Positions 18,108 through 26,464 of a stretch of DNA of 64,000 nt are shown here, piece after piece. This stretch comes from an uncultured Candidatus Peribacteria bacterium (GTDB lineage: Bacteria; Patescibacteriota; Gracilibacteria; UBA1369; 2-02-FULL-48-14). Position 1 is the stretch's first letter; each line of letters begins with the position of its first letter. The notes under the pieces were generated by a model. It was given only the letters and a program-made list of their open reading frames with translations. It had not been told where the DNA came from and did not search any database. The position numbers were made by a program, and so were the translations under genes. Location of the stretch: NCBI GenBank assembly GCA_964441065.1, contig CAYTWD010000001.1, positions 5,975 to 69,974 of the forward strand, in the 5' to 3' direction.

Positions 18108-18893
18108 TTGACGGCGATGTTGAAAAAAGCCAAAAATTTGCTCAAGCACTACCGGAAAAAAATAAAGATGTATGGTCCTTACTATTTTGACAAACTTCGC
18201 GGGAAAAAAATTTTTAGTTCAAATTATTATGGCATACCATTGGTGATGCACGCCGATACTCATTATCATCATCATATTTTGCGTTGGCAGAGGAATTCTT
18301 GGTATGAACCGCACATTTTGGCGGAATGGCTTGAGCTTTCAAAAGGAAAAAAATGCATTCTCGACATAGGCGGATACAATGGACTTTTTGGAATTCTTGC
18401 CGCAAAACTAAATCCTGAAGGGAAAGTTTTTATTTTCGAGCCGGATGAAATAAATTTCAAACATATCGCGAAAAATATTGAACTAAATAAACTTACAAAT
18501 GTAACACCATTGCAAATCGCTTTGAGTGACAAAGAAGGCGAAGTTGTTTTTGGAGGACACGGCGGAGGAACAGGTGCGAGAATTGGGGTCGGAACGAAAA
18601 AAGTCAAAGCAGTCAGCCTTGATACTTTTATAAAAGAAAACAACATAAAACCGGATCTGATTAAAATCGACGTTGAGGGTGCTGAAATCTTGGTTTTTGA
18701 AGGAGGAAAAGATTTTTTCTCAAGCGATTTAAAACCACAAATCCTACTCGAGGTGCACTTCGAATTTTTAAAAAACTTCAACTCCAGCGCCGAAGACCTT
18801 TTCAAAAAAATCAACAGCTACGGTCGTTTTGATCGTAAAGATCTCGAAGATAGCCGTGAAGTCACTTACACGGTGAAGCTTCAGAAAATTTAA
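18108..18893 (+). CDS. FkbM-family SAM-dependent methyltransferase
   Basis: Contains DIGGYNGLF, the KIDVEGAE motif and a glycine-rich loop. The likely start is the ATG at 18117. Confidence 0.75.
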   Translation: MTAMLKKAKNLLKHYRKKIKMYGPYYFDKLRGKKIFSSNYYGIPLVMHADTHYHHHILRWQRNSWYEPHILAEWLELSKGKKCILDIGGYNGLFGILAAKLNPEGKVFIFEPDEINFKHIAKNIELNKLTNVTPLQIALSDKEGEVVFGGHGGGTGARIGVGTKKVKAVSLDTFIKENNIKPDLIKIDVEGAEILVFEGGKDFFSSDLKPQILLEVHFEFLKNFNSSAEDLFKKINSYGRFDRKDLEDSREVTYTVKLQKI

Positions 18894-18900
18894 GTAATTT

Positions 18901-19578
18901 TTAGAGCACTATCAGTCGCCTTTTTGTGTTAGTCATTTGACATGCTAAAACCTCATCTTGATGGCAGTATTCATCATACTTTTCTTTAAAAACCCTCTTC
19001 AAATTAGACAACTCCATTTTCGGCATTTTTGTGAATAAGTCATGCAAATCTGAAAAACCAAGCCACTCGACAATTTGATTAAATCCTTTTACGTATGATC
19101 TATTTTTCTCCCTGAATCTGGGAATTGCAAACAAGGAGTCCAGGTCCTCAAATCTCCATTGTTGATTTTTTTCAAGCATGTAAATCAGCTCAATAAATAT
19201 GGGAAGATGTTCTTGTTCAACCGTGTGATGAATAATCTCGTGTATAATCTGAGACTGTTCAAACTCGGCTCTGTCTTTATCCGCAAGCGAATTTACATTT
19301 ATATCAATATCAACACCTGCGGTCCCGTGAGAACCGGAATTTTTAAGCCTCAGCATATTTTTTTTACCAAGAAGAGAGTCTTCGCCGAGAATCTGAGAAA
19401 GATATGAATAGCCACTCTGAAGAAATTCAAGTGCCAAGGCTTTTATTTCCGGTGCAACCACCATGCTGTTATTTCTGTAACCGATTTCAATCTTCATGCC
19501 GGTTTCAGGAATTACAAAGTCCTCTTCGTACCCCTTGAATTGTAGATCATCAAATGTTGTCATATTGTGATTATACAA
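18901..19578 (-). CDS. hypothetical protein with an HExxH zincin-like motif
   Basis: 225 aa. Contains IIHEIIHHTVEQEH. No signal peptide or TM segment is visible. It directly abuts the upstream ORF with a 0-nt gap. Confidence 0.4.
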   Translation of the reverse strand: MYNHNMTTFDDLQFKGYEEDFVIPETGMKIEIGYRNNSMVVAPEIKALALEFLQSGYSYLSQILGEDSLLGKKNMLRLKNSGSHGTAGVDIDINVNSLADKDRAEFEQSQIIHEIIHHTVEQEHLPIFIELIYMLEKNQQWRFEDLDSLFAIPRFREKNRSYVKGFNQIVEWLGFSDLHDLFTKMPKMELSNLKRVFKEKYDEYCHQDEVLACQMTNTKRRLIVL

Positions 19579-20385
19579 CTAAGCAATTTTCTTCTTAAAT
19601 TTAATTCTGAAGGAACTGTTCATGTAGAAAAAATCTTCTTTATAGTTCTTTGGATCCCAAACTTTTGTATCGTCCGGTGCACATCCGTATTTAGACCGAA
19701 AAGTACGCATGTCAAACAAATATTTCTCACCTCCTGTTGAAGTAAAAATCTGTAAATCCGGGTCTTTATTTTTAAACCTCATCAAATTTATTGTGTCCAA
19801 TTTTCTCGCAGGGGAATATCCTCTTTTTTTGTTTTCCAACCAATATATTAAATCTGGTTGCCCGACTTCAGCTGAAACAACTTGAGGTTTTTCCCTTTGA
19901 GAGACATATTCCTCAAAAAGTTTGAGAATTTCACTGGCGATTCCTTGTTGTCGATATAAATTACCGGTTTCTCTATGTTTCATATTCCAATCTTCAGTTT
20001 CGCCAATTTCAAACCTCGCGAAATCAAAAGTTCCTGCATAATATTTTGACCAGTCATCTTTTGAGCAGTCCGGTCGTACTAAATTTAAAGACATAACATC
20101 CTTACTTCCACGCCAGCCCCTCGTACTTTTTGAAAATTGAAGTTCAAGTTTTTTACCACTTGTTGATGGAATTTCACACACGGCAAAATCGCCATTTCCA
20201 GATGAATCATAAGAATCCATTTTTTTAAAAAGTTCTTTTTTATCTAAAGCTTTCCAATCAATTCCCAAATCAATTACATCATTAACCGCACCATTCACCG
20301 CATCTCTATTTTCTTTTAAAACCAAATCAGTCTCACGAGGAGCCTCTCCAGGTTCAAGGGTTTCAGGTTTTTCATTTGTTTCCAT
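19579..20385 (-). CDS. hypothetical protein with a GNAT-like acetyl-CoA binding core
   Basis: Contains LYRQQGIASEILKLFEEYV (an R/Q-x-x-G-x-A/G signature) and LIYWLENKKRGY. I place the start at the ATG at 20385 (METNEK...) because a consensus promoter covers the upstream GTG at 20418. Confidence 0.4.
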   Translation of the reverse strand: METNEKPETLEPGEAPRETDLVLKENRDAVNGAVNDVIDLGIDWKALDKKELFKKMDSYDSSGNGDFAVCEIPSTSGKKLELQFSKSTRGWRGSKDVMSLNLVRPDCSKDDWSKYYAGTFDFARFEIGETEDWNMKHRETGNLYRQQGIASEILKLFEEYVSQREKPQVVSAEVGQPDLIYWLENKKRGYSPARKLDTINLMRFKNKDPDLQIFTSTGGEKYLFDMRTFRSKYGCAPDDTKVWDPKNYKEDFFYMNSSFRIKFKKKIA

Positions 20386-20391
20386 CCGCTC

Positions 20392-20420
20392 ATTATACCT
20401 CAAAACAGCACTTTTCACAA
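20392..20420 (-). promoter_or_regulatory. near-consensus sigma70 promoter giving a leaderless or near-leaderless mRNA
   Basis: The minus strand reads TTGTGA (20420-20415), a 17-nt spacer, then TATAAT (20397-20392). The ATG at 20385 lies 6 nt after the -10 element. Confidence 0.5.
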
Positions 20421-20439
20421 TCCGGCTTTATTTTATAAA

Positions 20440-20457
20440 AGTGCACCCGGGTGCACT
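20440..20457. terminator. bidirectional intrinsic terminator
   Basis: Perfect 18-nt palindrome AGTGCACCCGGGTGCACT flanked by AAAA and TTTT, 2 nt after the stop codon at 20460-20462. Confidence 0.7.
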
Positions 20458-20459
20458 TT

Positions 20460-21377
20460 TCACTCTGCAAAATACTCAATAGTCTTTTTCAAACCGCTTT
20501 CCAAATCAACTTTCGGATCGAAACCCAACTCGGCACGTGCTTTTGAAATGTCCGGCTGACGAATTTTTGGATCGTCTTGTGGCAAAGGTTTGTGGATAAT
20601 CGTACTTTTGCTTCCGGTCAATTTCACAATCATTTCAGCGAGCTCCAAAATAGTTGTTTCTTTAGGATTTCCCAAATTAACAGGCCCGTCAAAATTCACG
20701 CTGTTCATGACACTCACAATTCCGTCCACCATGTCGTCGATATAACAGAATGAACGTGTTTGCTTCCCGTCGCCGTAAATTGTGATCGGATCGCCTGCCA
20801 AAGCTTCGCTCACAAAGTTTGGAATCACTCGTCCGTCATTCGCGCGCATTAGCGGTCCGTAAGTATTAAAAATCCTGAAGATTCTAGCGTTTACCCCATG
20901 AACTTTTTGATAATTCATAATCAAACTTTCTGCGAATCTTTTCCCTTCGTCGTAACAACTTCGCGGACCGTTTGGATTCACATTTCCCCAATAATCTTCT
21001 TTTTGTGGATGAACCAAGGGGTCACCATAAACTTCTGAAGTCGACGCGTGCAAAAACATCGCCTTATTTTTTCGTGCCAACTCCAGCAGATTTTTTGTAC
21101 CGGCCGCGCTAACCCACAGCGTTTCCAGCGGAATATTTTGATAATCCACAGGAGAAGCAGGACAAGCCAAATTTATAATAACTTCAAACTCACCTTCAAA
21201 AGGCTCTGTAATGTCATGATCAACAAATTTCAAATTTCCCGCTAAATGCGAAAGATTTTTCAAATTTCCTGTCACAAAATTATCAATCGCGGTCACTTCA
21301 TGACCCAAACTCAAAAGCCTTTCCACCAAGTGGCTTCCAATGAATCCCGCCCCGCCTGCAACCAAAATCTTACTCAT
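20460..21377 (-). CDS. UDP-glucuronate decarboxylase (UDP-xylose synthase)
   Basis: 305 aa SDR. Contains GGAGFIGSHL, STSEVYGDP, WGNVNPNGPRSCYDEGKR and GDGKQTRSFCY, all typical of UXS. Confidence 0.9.
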   Translation of the reverse strand: MSKILVAGGAGFIGSHLVERLLSLGHEVTAIDNFVTGNLKNLSHLAGNLKFVDHDITEPFEGEFEVIINLACPASPVDYQNIPLETLWVSAAGTKNLLELARKNKAMFLHASTSEVYGDPLVHPQKEDYWGNVNPNGPRSCYDEGKRFAESLIMNYQKVHGVNARIFRIFNTYGPLMRANDGRVIPNFVSEALAGDPITIYGDGKQTRSFCYIDDMVDGIVSVMNSVNFDGPVNLGNPKETTILELAEMIVKLTGSKSTIIHKPLPQDDPKIRQPDISKARAELGFDPKVDLESGLKKTIEYFAE

Positions 21378-21380
21378 TTG

Positions 21381-22061
21381 TTAGGATTTTACCGCCTCAA
21401 ACAGATATAGCAAGCTGAAGTTCCCCGCGTATTTTTTGTAATAAAAATTGCCAATCAAATCAAACAAAAATAATCCCGACTGGAAAATCGCCCGCAAAAA
21501 TCGAGGAGCAGGCGTGCTTTGAAAACCCAAAACAAAAGGCCCAACTCCCACTGAAACCATTTTTTTAACCTTTAAACCGTGTTTTTCAAGAATTCTTTCA
21601 AGCGCGGTGTGAGTGTATCTGTGATAATCGTCAGGATCGGCATGAAATGGATACAAAAATGGCACGCATCCAATCAATTTCCCGCCTTGTTTCATTATTT
21701 TCGCACTCTCTGAAATCAAATTGTCGGTGTTGAAAATATGCTCGATCGTGTTGAAACAAAGTACAAAATCAAAGCCGCTCAAATTTGCCGGAAAAGGTTT
21801 TTCCAGATCAATTTTCATAACTTTCGGTCCTTCGCTAAAATAATCGCAAAAATATAAATCTGCCGAATTATCTTTTTCCAAAAAACGATAATAACTCGAT
21901 TCGCCAGACTTCGCGCCCAAATCCATAACTTTGCCGCTCAACCTGTCAAAAGGATGTTTTTTCATGCTCAAATTCAGCAAAATTCTCGGCAAACTTTTGC
22001 CTTTTAAAGATTCGCGCCAAACGAATCCCAAATCCGAAAATGAAAACTTTGAATGTTGCAC
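21381..22061 (-). CDS. class I SAM-dependent methyltransferase
   Basis: Contains VMDLGAKSG (motif I), FDFVLCFNTIEHI and MKQGGKLI. Confidence 0.7.
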   Translation of the reverse strand: MQHSKFSFSDLGFVWRESLKGKSLPRILLNLSMKKHPFDRLSGKVMDLGAKSGESSYYRFLEKDNSADLYFCDYFSEGPKVMKIDLEKPFPANLSGFDFVLCFNTIEHIFNTDNLISESAKIMKQGGKLIGCVPFLYPFHADPDDYHRYTHTALERILEKHGLKVKKMVSVGVGPFVLGFQSTPAPRFLRAIFQSGLFLFDLIGNFYYKKYAGNFSLLYLFEAVKS

Positions 22062-22121
22062 GGCGCCAGCCTACCGTAAAAGCTCGACTTTTTCCAATCT
22101 CTCATTTATTCTTCCGGCACT

Positions 22122-23420
22122 ATGAAGATAACAGTAGTTGGCACAGGATACGTTGGCTTGGTCACTGGAACTTGCTTCGCGGAGCTAGGGAATGATGTTA
22201 TTTGCATAGACATAGACGAGGCAAAAATTGAAAGATTAAAAAAAGGCGAAATTCCAATTTATGAACCCGGTCTTGAAGAATTGGTTTTGCGAAATCACAA
22301 AGAAGGTCGTTTAAATTTTTCTACCGATCTCAAAACCGCGATTGAATGGTGCGAAATCATTTTCAGCGCGGTTGGAACGCCTCAGGGCGAAGATCACCGT
22401 GCCGATTTGCAATACGTACGCGCGGTCGCAAAATCTGTCGGTCAGCATTTGAACGGCTACAAAGTTTTCGTAAATAAATCGACAGTTCCGGTTGGCACAA
22501 GCAACGAAGTGAAAGAAATAATCGCGTCTCAAACAAAATTTCCTTTCGATGTGGTGGATAATCCGGAATTCCTCCGAGAGGGTTCTGCAGTTAAAGACTT
22601 TTTAAACCCTGATAGAATTGTTTGCGGAGTTGAAAGTGACAAAGCGAAAGAAGCGATGGAAAAACTTTATTCACCGCTCGTGCGCGCAGGCAGACCTCTA
22701 CTTTTCACAGACATCCACTCCGCTGAAATTATCAAATACGCTTCGAACGCATTTCTCGCGACAAAAATTTCTTTCATAAATGAAATTGCTAATTTCTGTG
22801 AAGCCGCCGGAGGCGATGTTACAAACGTGGCAAAGGGAATGGGTCTCGACGACAGAATCGGCTCAAGATTTTTGCACGCTGGAATTGGCTACGGAGGAAG
22901 TTGTTTCCCAAAAGATGTAAACGCCTTCATTCAAACCGGTCTTGATCACGGCTACGACTTCAAAATTATCAAAGCCGCGAATGAAGTTAATCAAATTCAG
23001 AAAAAAGTCATAATCAAAAAAATTCTCAAAGAATTTCCAAAGCTCGACGCTTTAACAATCGCGGTTTGGGGCTTGGCTTTTAAACCAAAAACTGACGACA
23101 TGCGCGAAGCACCGTCTCTTGAAATTCTCCCTGAACTTTTGAGCGCGGGCGCAAAACTTCAAGTTTTTGATCCTGTTGCCGCTGAAAACGCAAAGAAAAT
23201 TCTGGGCTCAAATAACATTGAATATCTCACTTCACCTTACGATGCCGCAACCGGAGCCGACATTCTTCTGATCCTCACCGAATGGGACGAATTCCGCGCA
23301 ATCGATTTGAGTCGAATTGTCTCATCAATGAAAGGAAAAACGATTTTCGACGGCCGCAATATTTATCAGCCCGCCGAAATGCAAAAACTAGGTTTTAAAT
23401 ATGTGAGCGTCGGGAGATGA
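22122..23420 (+). CDS. ugd: UDP-glucose 6-dehydrogenase
   Basis: 432 aa. Contains MKITVVGTGYVGLV, the catalytic GGSCFPKD and GLAFKPKTDDMREAPS. Confidence 0.95.
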   Translation: MKITVVGTGYVGLVTGTCFAELGNDVICIDIDEAKIERLKKGEIPIYEPGLEELVLRNHKEGRLNFSTDLKTAIEWCEIIFSAVGTPQGEDHRADLQYVRAVAKSVGQHLNGYKVFVNKSTVPVGTSNEVKEIIASQTKFPFDVVDNPEFLREGSAVKDFLNPDRIVCGVESDKAKEAMEKLYSPLVRAGRPLLFTDIHSAEIIKYASNAFLATKISFINEIANFCEAAGGDVTNVAKGMGLDDRIGSRFLHAGIGYGGSCFPKDVNAFIQTGLDHGYDFKIIKAANEVNQIQKKVIIKKILKEFPKLDALTIAVWGLAFKPKTDDMREAPSLEILPELLSAGAKLQVFDPVAAENAKKILGSNNIEYLTSPYDAATGADILLILTEWDEFRAIDLSRIVSSMKGKTIFDGRNIYQPAEMQKLGFKYVSVGR

Positions 23421-24289
23421 AAAACTATAAATCCTCCATTTTCGCCCTAATAACAGTATTTTTGTGGGCATCAACGGCGGCTATTGTTAAATTACTTTTA
23501 AATGATCTTTCGAGTATTCAAGTCACTTTTTACTCATTCATTTTTACATTAATTGGACTATTCGCGATTGTGGCTTTCGAGAAAAAATTACCACTTTTAA
23601 AAAAATATACAAAAACGGATTACCTAAGAATGATGGGGATCTCGGTTTTGGGTTGTTATTTGTATTATGTTTTTCTTTTCGGAGCACTTGAATACGCACC
23701 CGCTCAAGAAGCTTTTATTGTTAATTATTTGTGGCCGATAATGGTGGTTATTTTTGGCATTATAATTTTAAAAGAAAAATTAAGCGTCAAAAAAATATTG
23801 GGTTTGCTAGTCAGTTTCTTGGGAGTTTATTTGGTCGCCGCAAAAGGTTTTGGATTCATTTTTGAGAATCCAAAGGGAGATATTTTGGCAATTTTAGGAG
23901 CAATTTCTTACGGACTTTTTTCGATTCTTTGTAAGAAATATAAGTATGAAGCATCAACTTCCACATTAATTTATTATTTCTTTGGATTTATTCTTGTCAC
24001 AATTACCACCTTCTTTTTCTCACACATCGAAGCAGTTTCATTTTATGAAATTTTAGGTTTGGCGTGGCTTGGAATAGTTGTAAACGGAGTGGGATTTATT
24101 TTTTGGATCAAAGCACTTGAACAAGGTGAAACCGCGAAAATCGCCAACTTAATATTTTTAACGCCGTTTTTGTCGCTCGTTTACATTCATTTTTTGTTAG
24201 GCGAAAAAATCTTGATCAGCTCAATTTTGGGACTTATACTCATCATTGCAGGAGTTTTTATTCAGTCGCTAGGAAAAGAATCAGCTTGA
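23417..24289 (+). CDS. EamA/DMT-family transporter
   Basis: 290 aa with ten hydrophobic helices in two EamA-like halves. The start overlaps the ugd stop in an ATGA arrangement. Confidence 0.8.
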   Translation: MKNYKSSIFALITVFLWASTAAIVKLLLNDLSSIQVTFYSFIFTLIGLFAIVAFEKKLPLLKKYTKTDYLRMMGISVLGCYLYYVFLFGALEYAPAQEAFIVNYLWPIMVVIFGIIILKEKLSVKKILGLLVSFLGVYLVAAKGFGFIFENPKGDILAILGAISYGLFSILCKKYKYEASTSTLIYYFFGFILVTITTFFFSHIEAVSFYEILGLAWLGIVVNGVGFIFWIKALEQGETAKIANLIFLTPFLSLVYIHFLLGEKILISSILGLILIIAGVFIQSLGKESA

Positions 24290-24333
24290 TTTATATATAG
24301 TTTTAAACTATACTAAAAATAGTTATTAACTAT
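24286..24333 (+). promoter_or_regulatory. promoter plus two palindromic operators of the toxin-antitoxin operon
   Basis: TTGATT (24286-24291), a 17-nt spacer, then TATACT (24309-24314). Palindromes TATAGTTTTAAACTATA (24296-24312) and ATAGTTATTAACTAT (24319-24333) have centres 22 bp apart. Confidence 0.5.
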
Positions 24334-24337
24334 ATCT

Positions 24338-24577
24338 ATGACTACACAAGTTTCATTTGTCGCTGACCAACACTTGAAAAATCAAGCTCTTGAAAAAGCT
24401 AAAAGCGAGGGGATCACACTAAAAGCATTTCTTGTTTTTGCCATGAAAAGTTATGTTGAAGGAAAAATTTCATTGGGGATCGAATCCACAAATAACGAAG
24501 CGGATGTGGAAATAATTAGATTCAACGACAAATCAATCTACAATAAAGCTTCAAAAATCGCCAAATTACTGAAATAG
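24338..24577 (+). CDS. putative antitoxin
   Basis: 79 aa, 1 nt upstream of a RelE-like ORF. The assignment rests on position and size only. Confidence 0.45.
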   Translation: MTTQVSFVADQHLKNQALEKAKSEGITLKAFLVFAMKSYVEGKISLGIESTNNEADVEIIRFNDKSIYNKASKIAKLLK

Positions 24578-24578
24578 C

Positions 24579-24953
24579 ATGCTGATTTTGACTAGCTATA
24601 TTTTATCACATGAACTAAAGCCGCTACGCAGGTTCTTAAGTATTGATGAAATAAAAAAGAGAGCAGAAAAAGTTAGATCGGGTCTTGCTATTACAATAAA
24701 AGTTCCACAAAACATCAAGGGAATTGAATTTTATAAAGTTCGCATTGGAAGAAATAATGGAGCAAGAATGATAGTTTTTATGATCATTGAAAATAAAAAA
24801 ATTGTCCCTGTGCTCATTCGTTTGAAGAAAGACAAAATATTTGGTATGAATATGGCCATGAATAATCCTCAAGTAGAAAAGCAAATCAGCAAAAATCTCG
24901 ATCACATTTTTGAAGATATAAAATTAAAAGACTTTCAAGAATTTATACAATGA
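24579..24953 (+). CDS. RelE/ParE-superfamily toxin-like protein
   Basis: 124 aa. The core FYKVRIGRNNGARMIVFMIIENKKIVPVLIRLKKDK matches the RelE/ParE beta-sheet pattern Y.(L/V)R.G..R(I/M)I..I....I..L.I..R. Confidence 0.55.
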   Translation: MLILTSYILSHELKPLRRFLSIDEIKKRAEKVRSGLAITIKVPQNIKGIEFYKVRIGRNNGARMIVFMIIENKKIVPVLIRLKKDKIFGMNMAMNNPQVEKQISKNLDHIFEDIKLKDFQEFIQ

Positions 24954-25500
24954 CAAACATTTTCATCATTCACGGCGTTGGTGGACATCCTCAAGAAACA
25001 TGGTTTCCTTGGCTGAAAGCCGAACTGGAAAACACGGTCACAATGCTATCGTTCCACAATTTCCAACTCCTGAAGGCCAAACTTTGGAAAATTGGCTCGC
25101 GGTCCTAAAAAACTACGAAGAATTTATCACGCCCGAAACTATTTTTGTTGGGCACAGTTTGGGAGCACATTTTGTTTTAAATGTGGCGGAAAGATATAAA
25201 ATCGGCACAGCCTTTTTGGTGGCGAGTTTCTTTGAACCATCTGACAATCAGTTTGATGTAATGTTGCCGACTTTCACGCAAAAACCCTACGACTGGGAAA
25301 AAATCAAGGAAAATTGCAAAAAATTCGTAGTTATCCATTCTGACAACGACCCATATCTCAAATTGGAAAAAGGTGAAAAATTAGCAAAAATTCTAGGCGT
25401 TGATCTCATTCTTGTGCCTGGAGCAGGACACATCAACGAAGCCGCTGGCTTTCGAAAGTTCGAATTACTCTTGCAAGAGATCTTGAAAATCAAGAATTGA
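24950..25500 (+). pseudogene. alpha/beta hydrolase (YdeN/RBBP9-like serine hydrolase), split by a 1-nt frameshift
   Basis: The N-terminus MTNIFIIHGVGGHPQETWFPWLKAELEN is in one frame starting at ATG 24950. The continuation (K)HGHNAIVPQFPTPEG...GHSLGA...D...GAGHIN is in the ORF 25000-25500. The two join if the A4 run at 25029-25032 is read as A5. Confidence 0.6.
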
Positions 25501-25540
25501 GATCTGTCCTCTTTCTCTCTTTCATGCTATTTTGCGCTGG

Positions 25541-26464
25541 ATGAAAATTTTAGTAACAGGCGCGGCTGGTTTTATTGGATCGCATTCGGCGAAGGCTTTG
25601 ATTGCTCGTGGCGACACTGTCTACGGTATTGACAATTTCAATGATTACTATGAGGTTGCGCAGAAAGAGAAAAATGCCGAAGGAATAAATATTTTTCGTG
25701 TCGATATTGGCGACGAGTCTGCAATCGAGAAAATCTTTGCCGAAATTAAACCGCATGTTCTTTTGCATCTCGCGGCGCGGGCTGGAGTTCGTGCTTCAAT
25801 TGCCGATCCTGAGCTTTATCATGAAGTGAATGTGCTCGGCACAAATATTTTGTTGGAAGCGTGCAAGCGACACTCCGTGGGTCGTGTCGTGTTCGCTTCG
25901 AGCTCTTCCGTTTATGGAAATCAGAAAAAAACGCCCTTTTCAGAAACCGACGAAACCGAAAATCCAATCAGTCCTTACGCCGCAACAAAAAGAACAGCTG
26001 AAAATCTTTGCTACGCTTATTCAAAAATGTACGGTCTTCAAATAACTTGTCTTAGATTTTTCACGGTTTACGGCCCGAGCGGACGACCGGACATGGCGCC
26101 GCTAATGTTTACAAAAGCGATTGATGCGGGCGAGACAATTAAACGTTTTGGCGATGGAAGTTCAAAACGCGATTATACTTTTATTGATGATATTGTTTCC
26201 GGGATTGTTTCCGCGGTAGATAATCCTTTCAATTTTGAAATTATAAATTTGGGAAATAATAAACCCGAAGAATTGCGAACTTTGATTTCTACGATTGAAA
26301 AGAATCTCGGAAAAACCGCGAAAATTGAAGAACTTCCAATGCAGCCGGGCGACGTTGAAATGACTTACGCAGACATTAGAAAAGCCGAAAGGCTTTTGCA
26401 TTATTCCCCGCAAACCACGCTTGAGCAAGGAATCGCAAAATTAATTAAATGGTACAAAAAATGA
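25541..26464 (+). CDS. NAD-dependent sugar epimerase (UDP-glucuronate 4-epimerase-like)
   Basis: Contains MKILVTGAAGFIGSH, YAATK and FRFFTVYGPSGRPDMAP, which is typical of GAE/WcaG-type SDRs. Confidence 0.75.
   Translation: MKILVTGAAGFIGSHSAKALIARGDTVYGIDNFNDYYEVAQKEKNAEGINIFRVDIGDESAIEKIFAEIKPHVLLHLAARAGVRASIADPELYHEVNVLGTNILLEACKRHSVGRVVFASSSSVYGNQKKTPFSETDETENPISPYAATKRTAENLCYAYSKMYGLQITCLRFFTVYGPSGRPDMAPLMFTKAIDAGETIKRFGDGSSKRDYTFIDDIVSGIVSAVDNPFNFEIINLGNNKPEELRTLISTIEKNLGKTAKIEELPMQPGDVEMTYADIRKAERLLHYSPQTTLEQGIAKLIKWYKK

Noticed and set aside
18272-18814. The 180-aa minus-strand ORF
   Set aside because: It is antisense to the FkbM methyltransferase gene, and its translation is low-complexity and Ser/Phe/Lys-rich.
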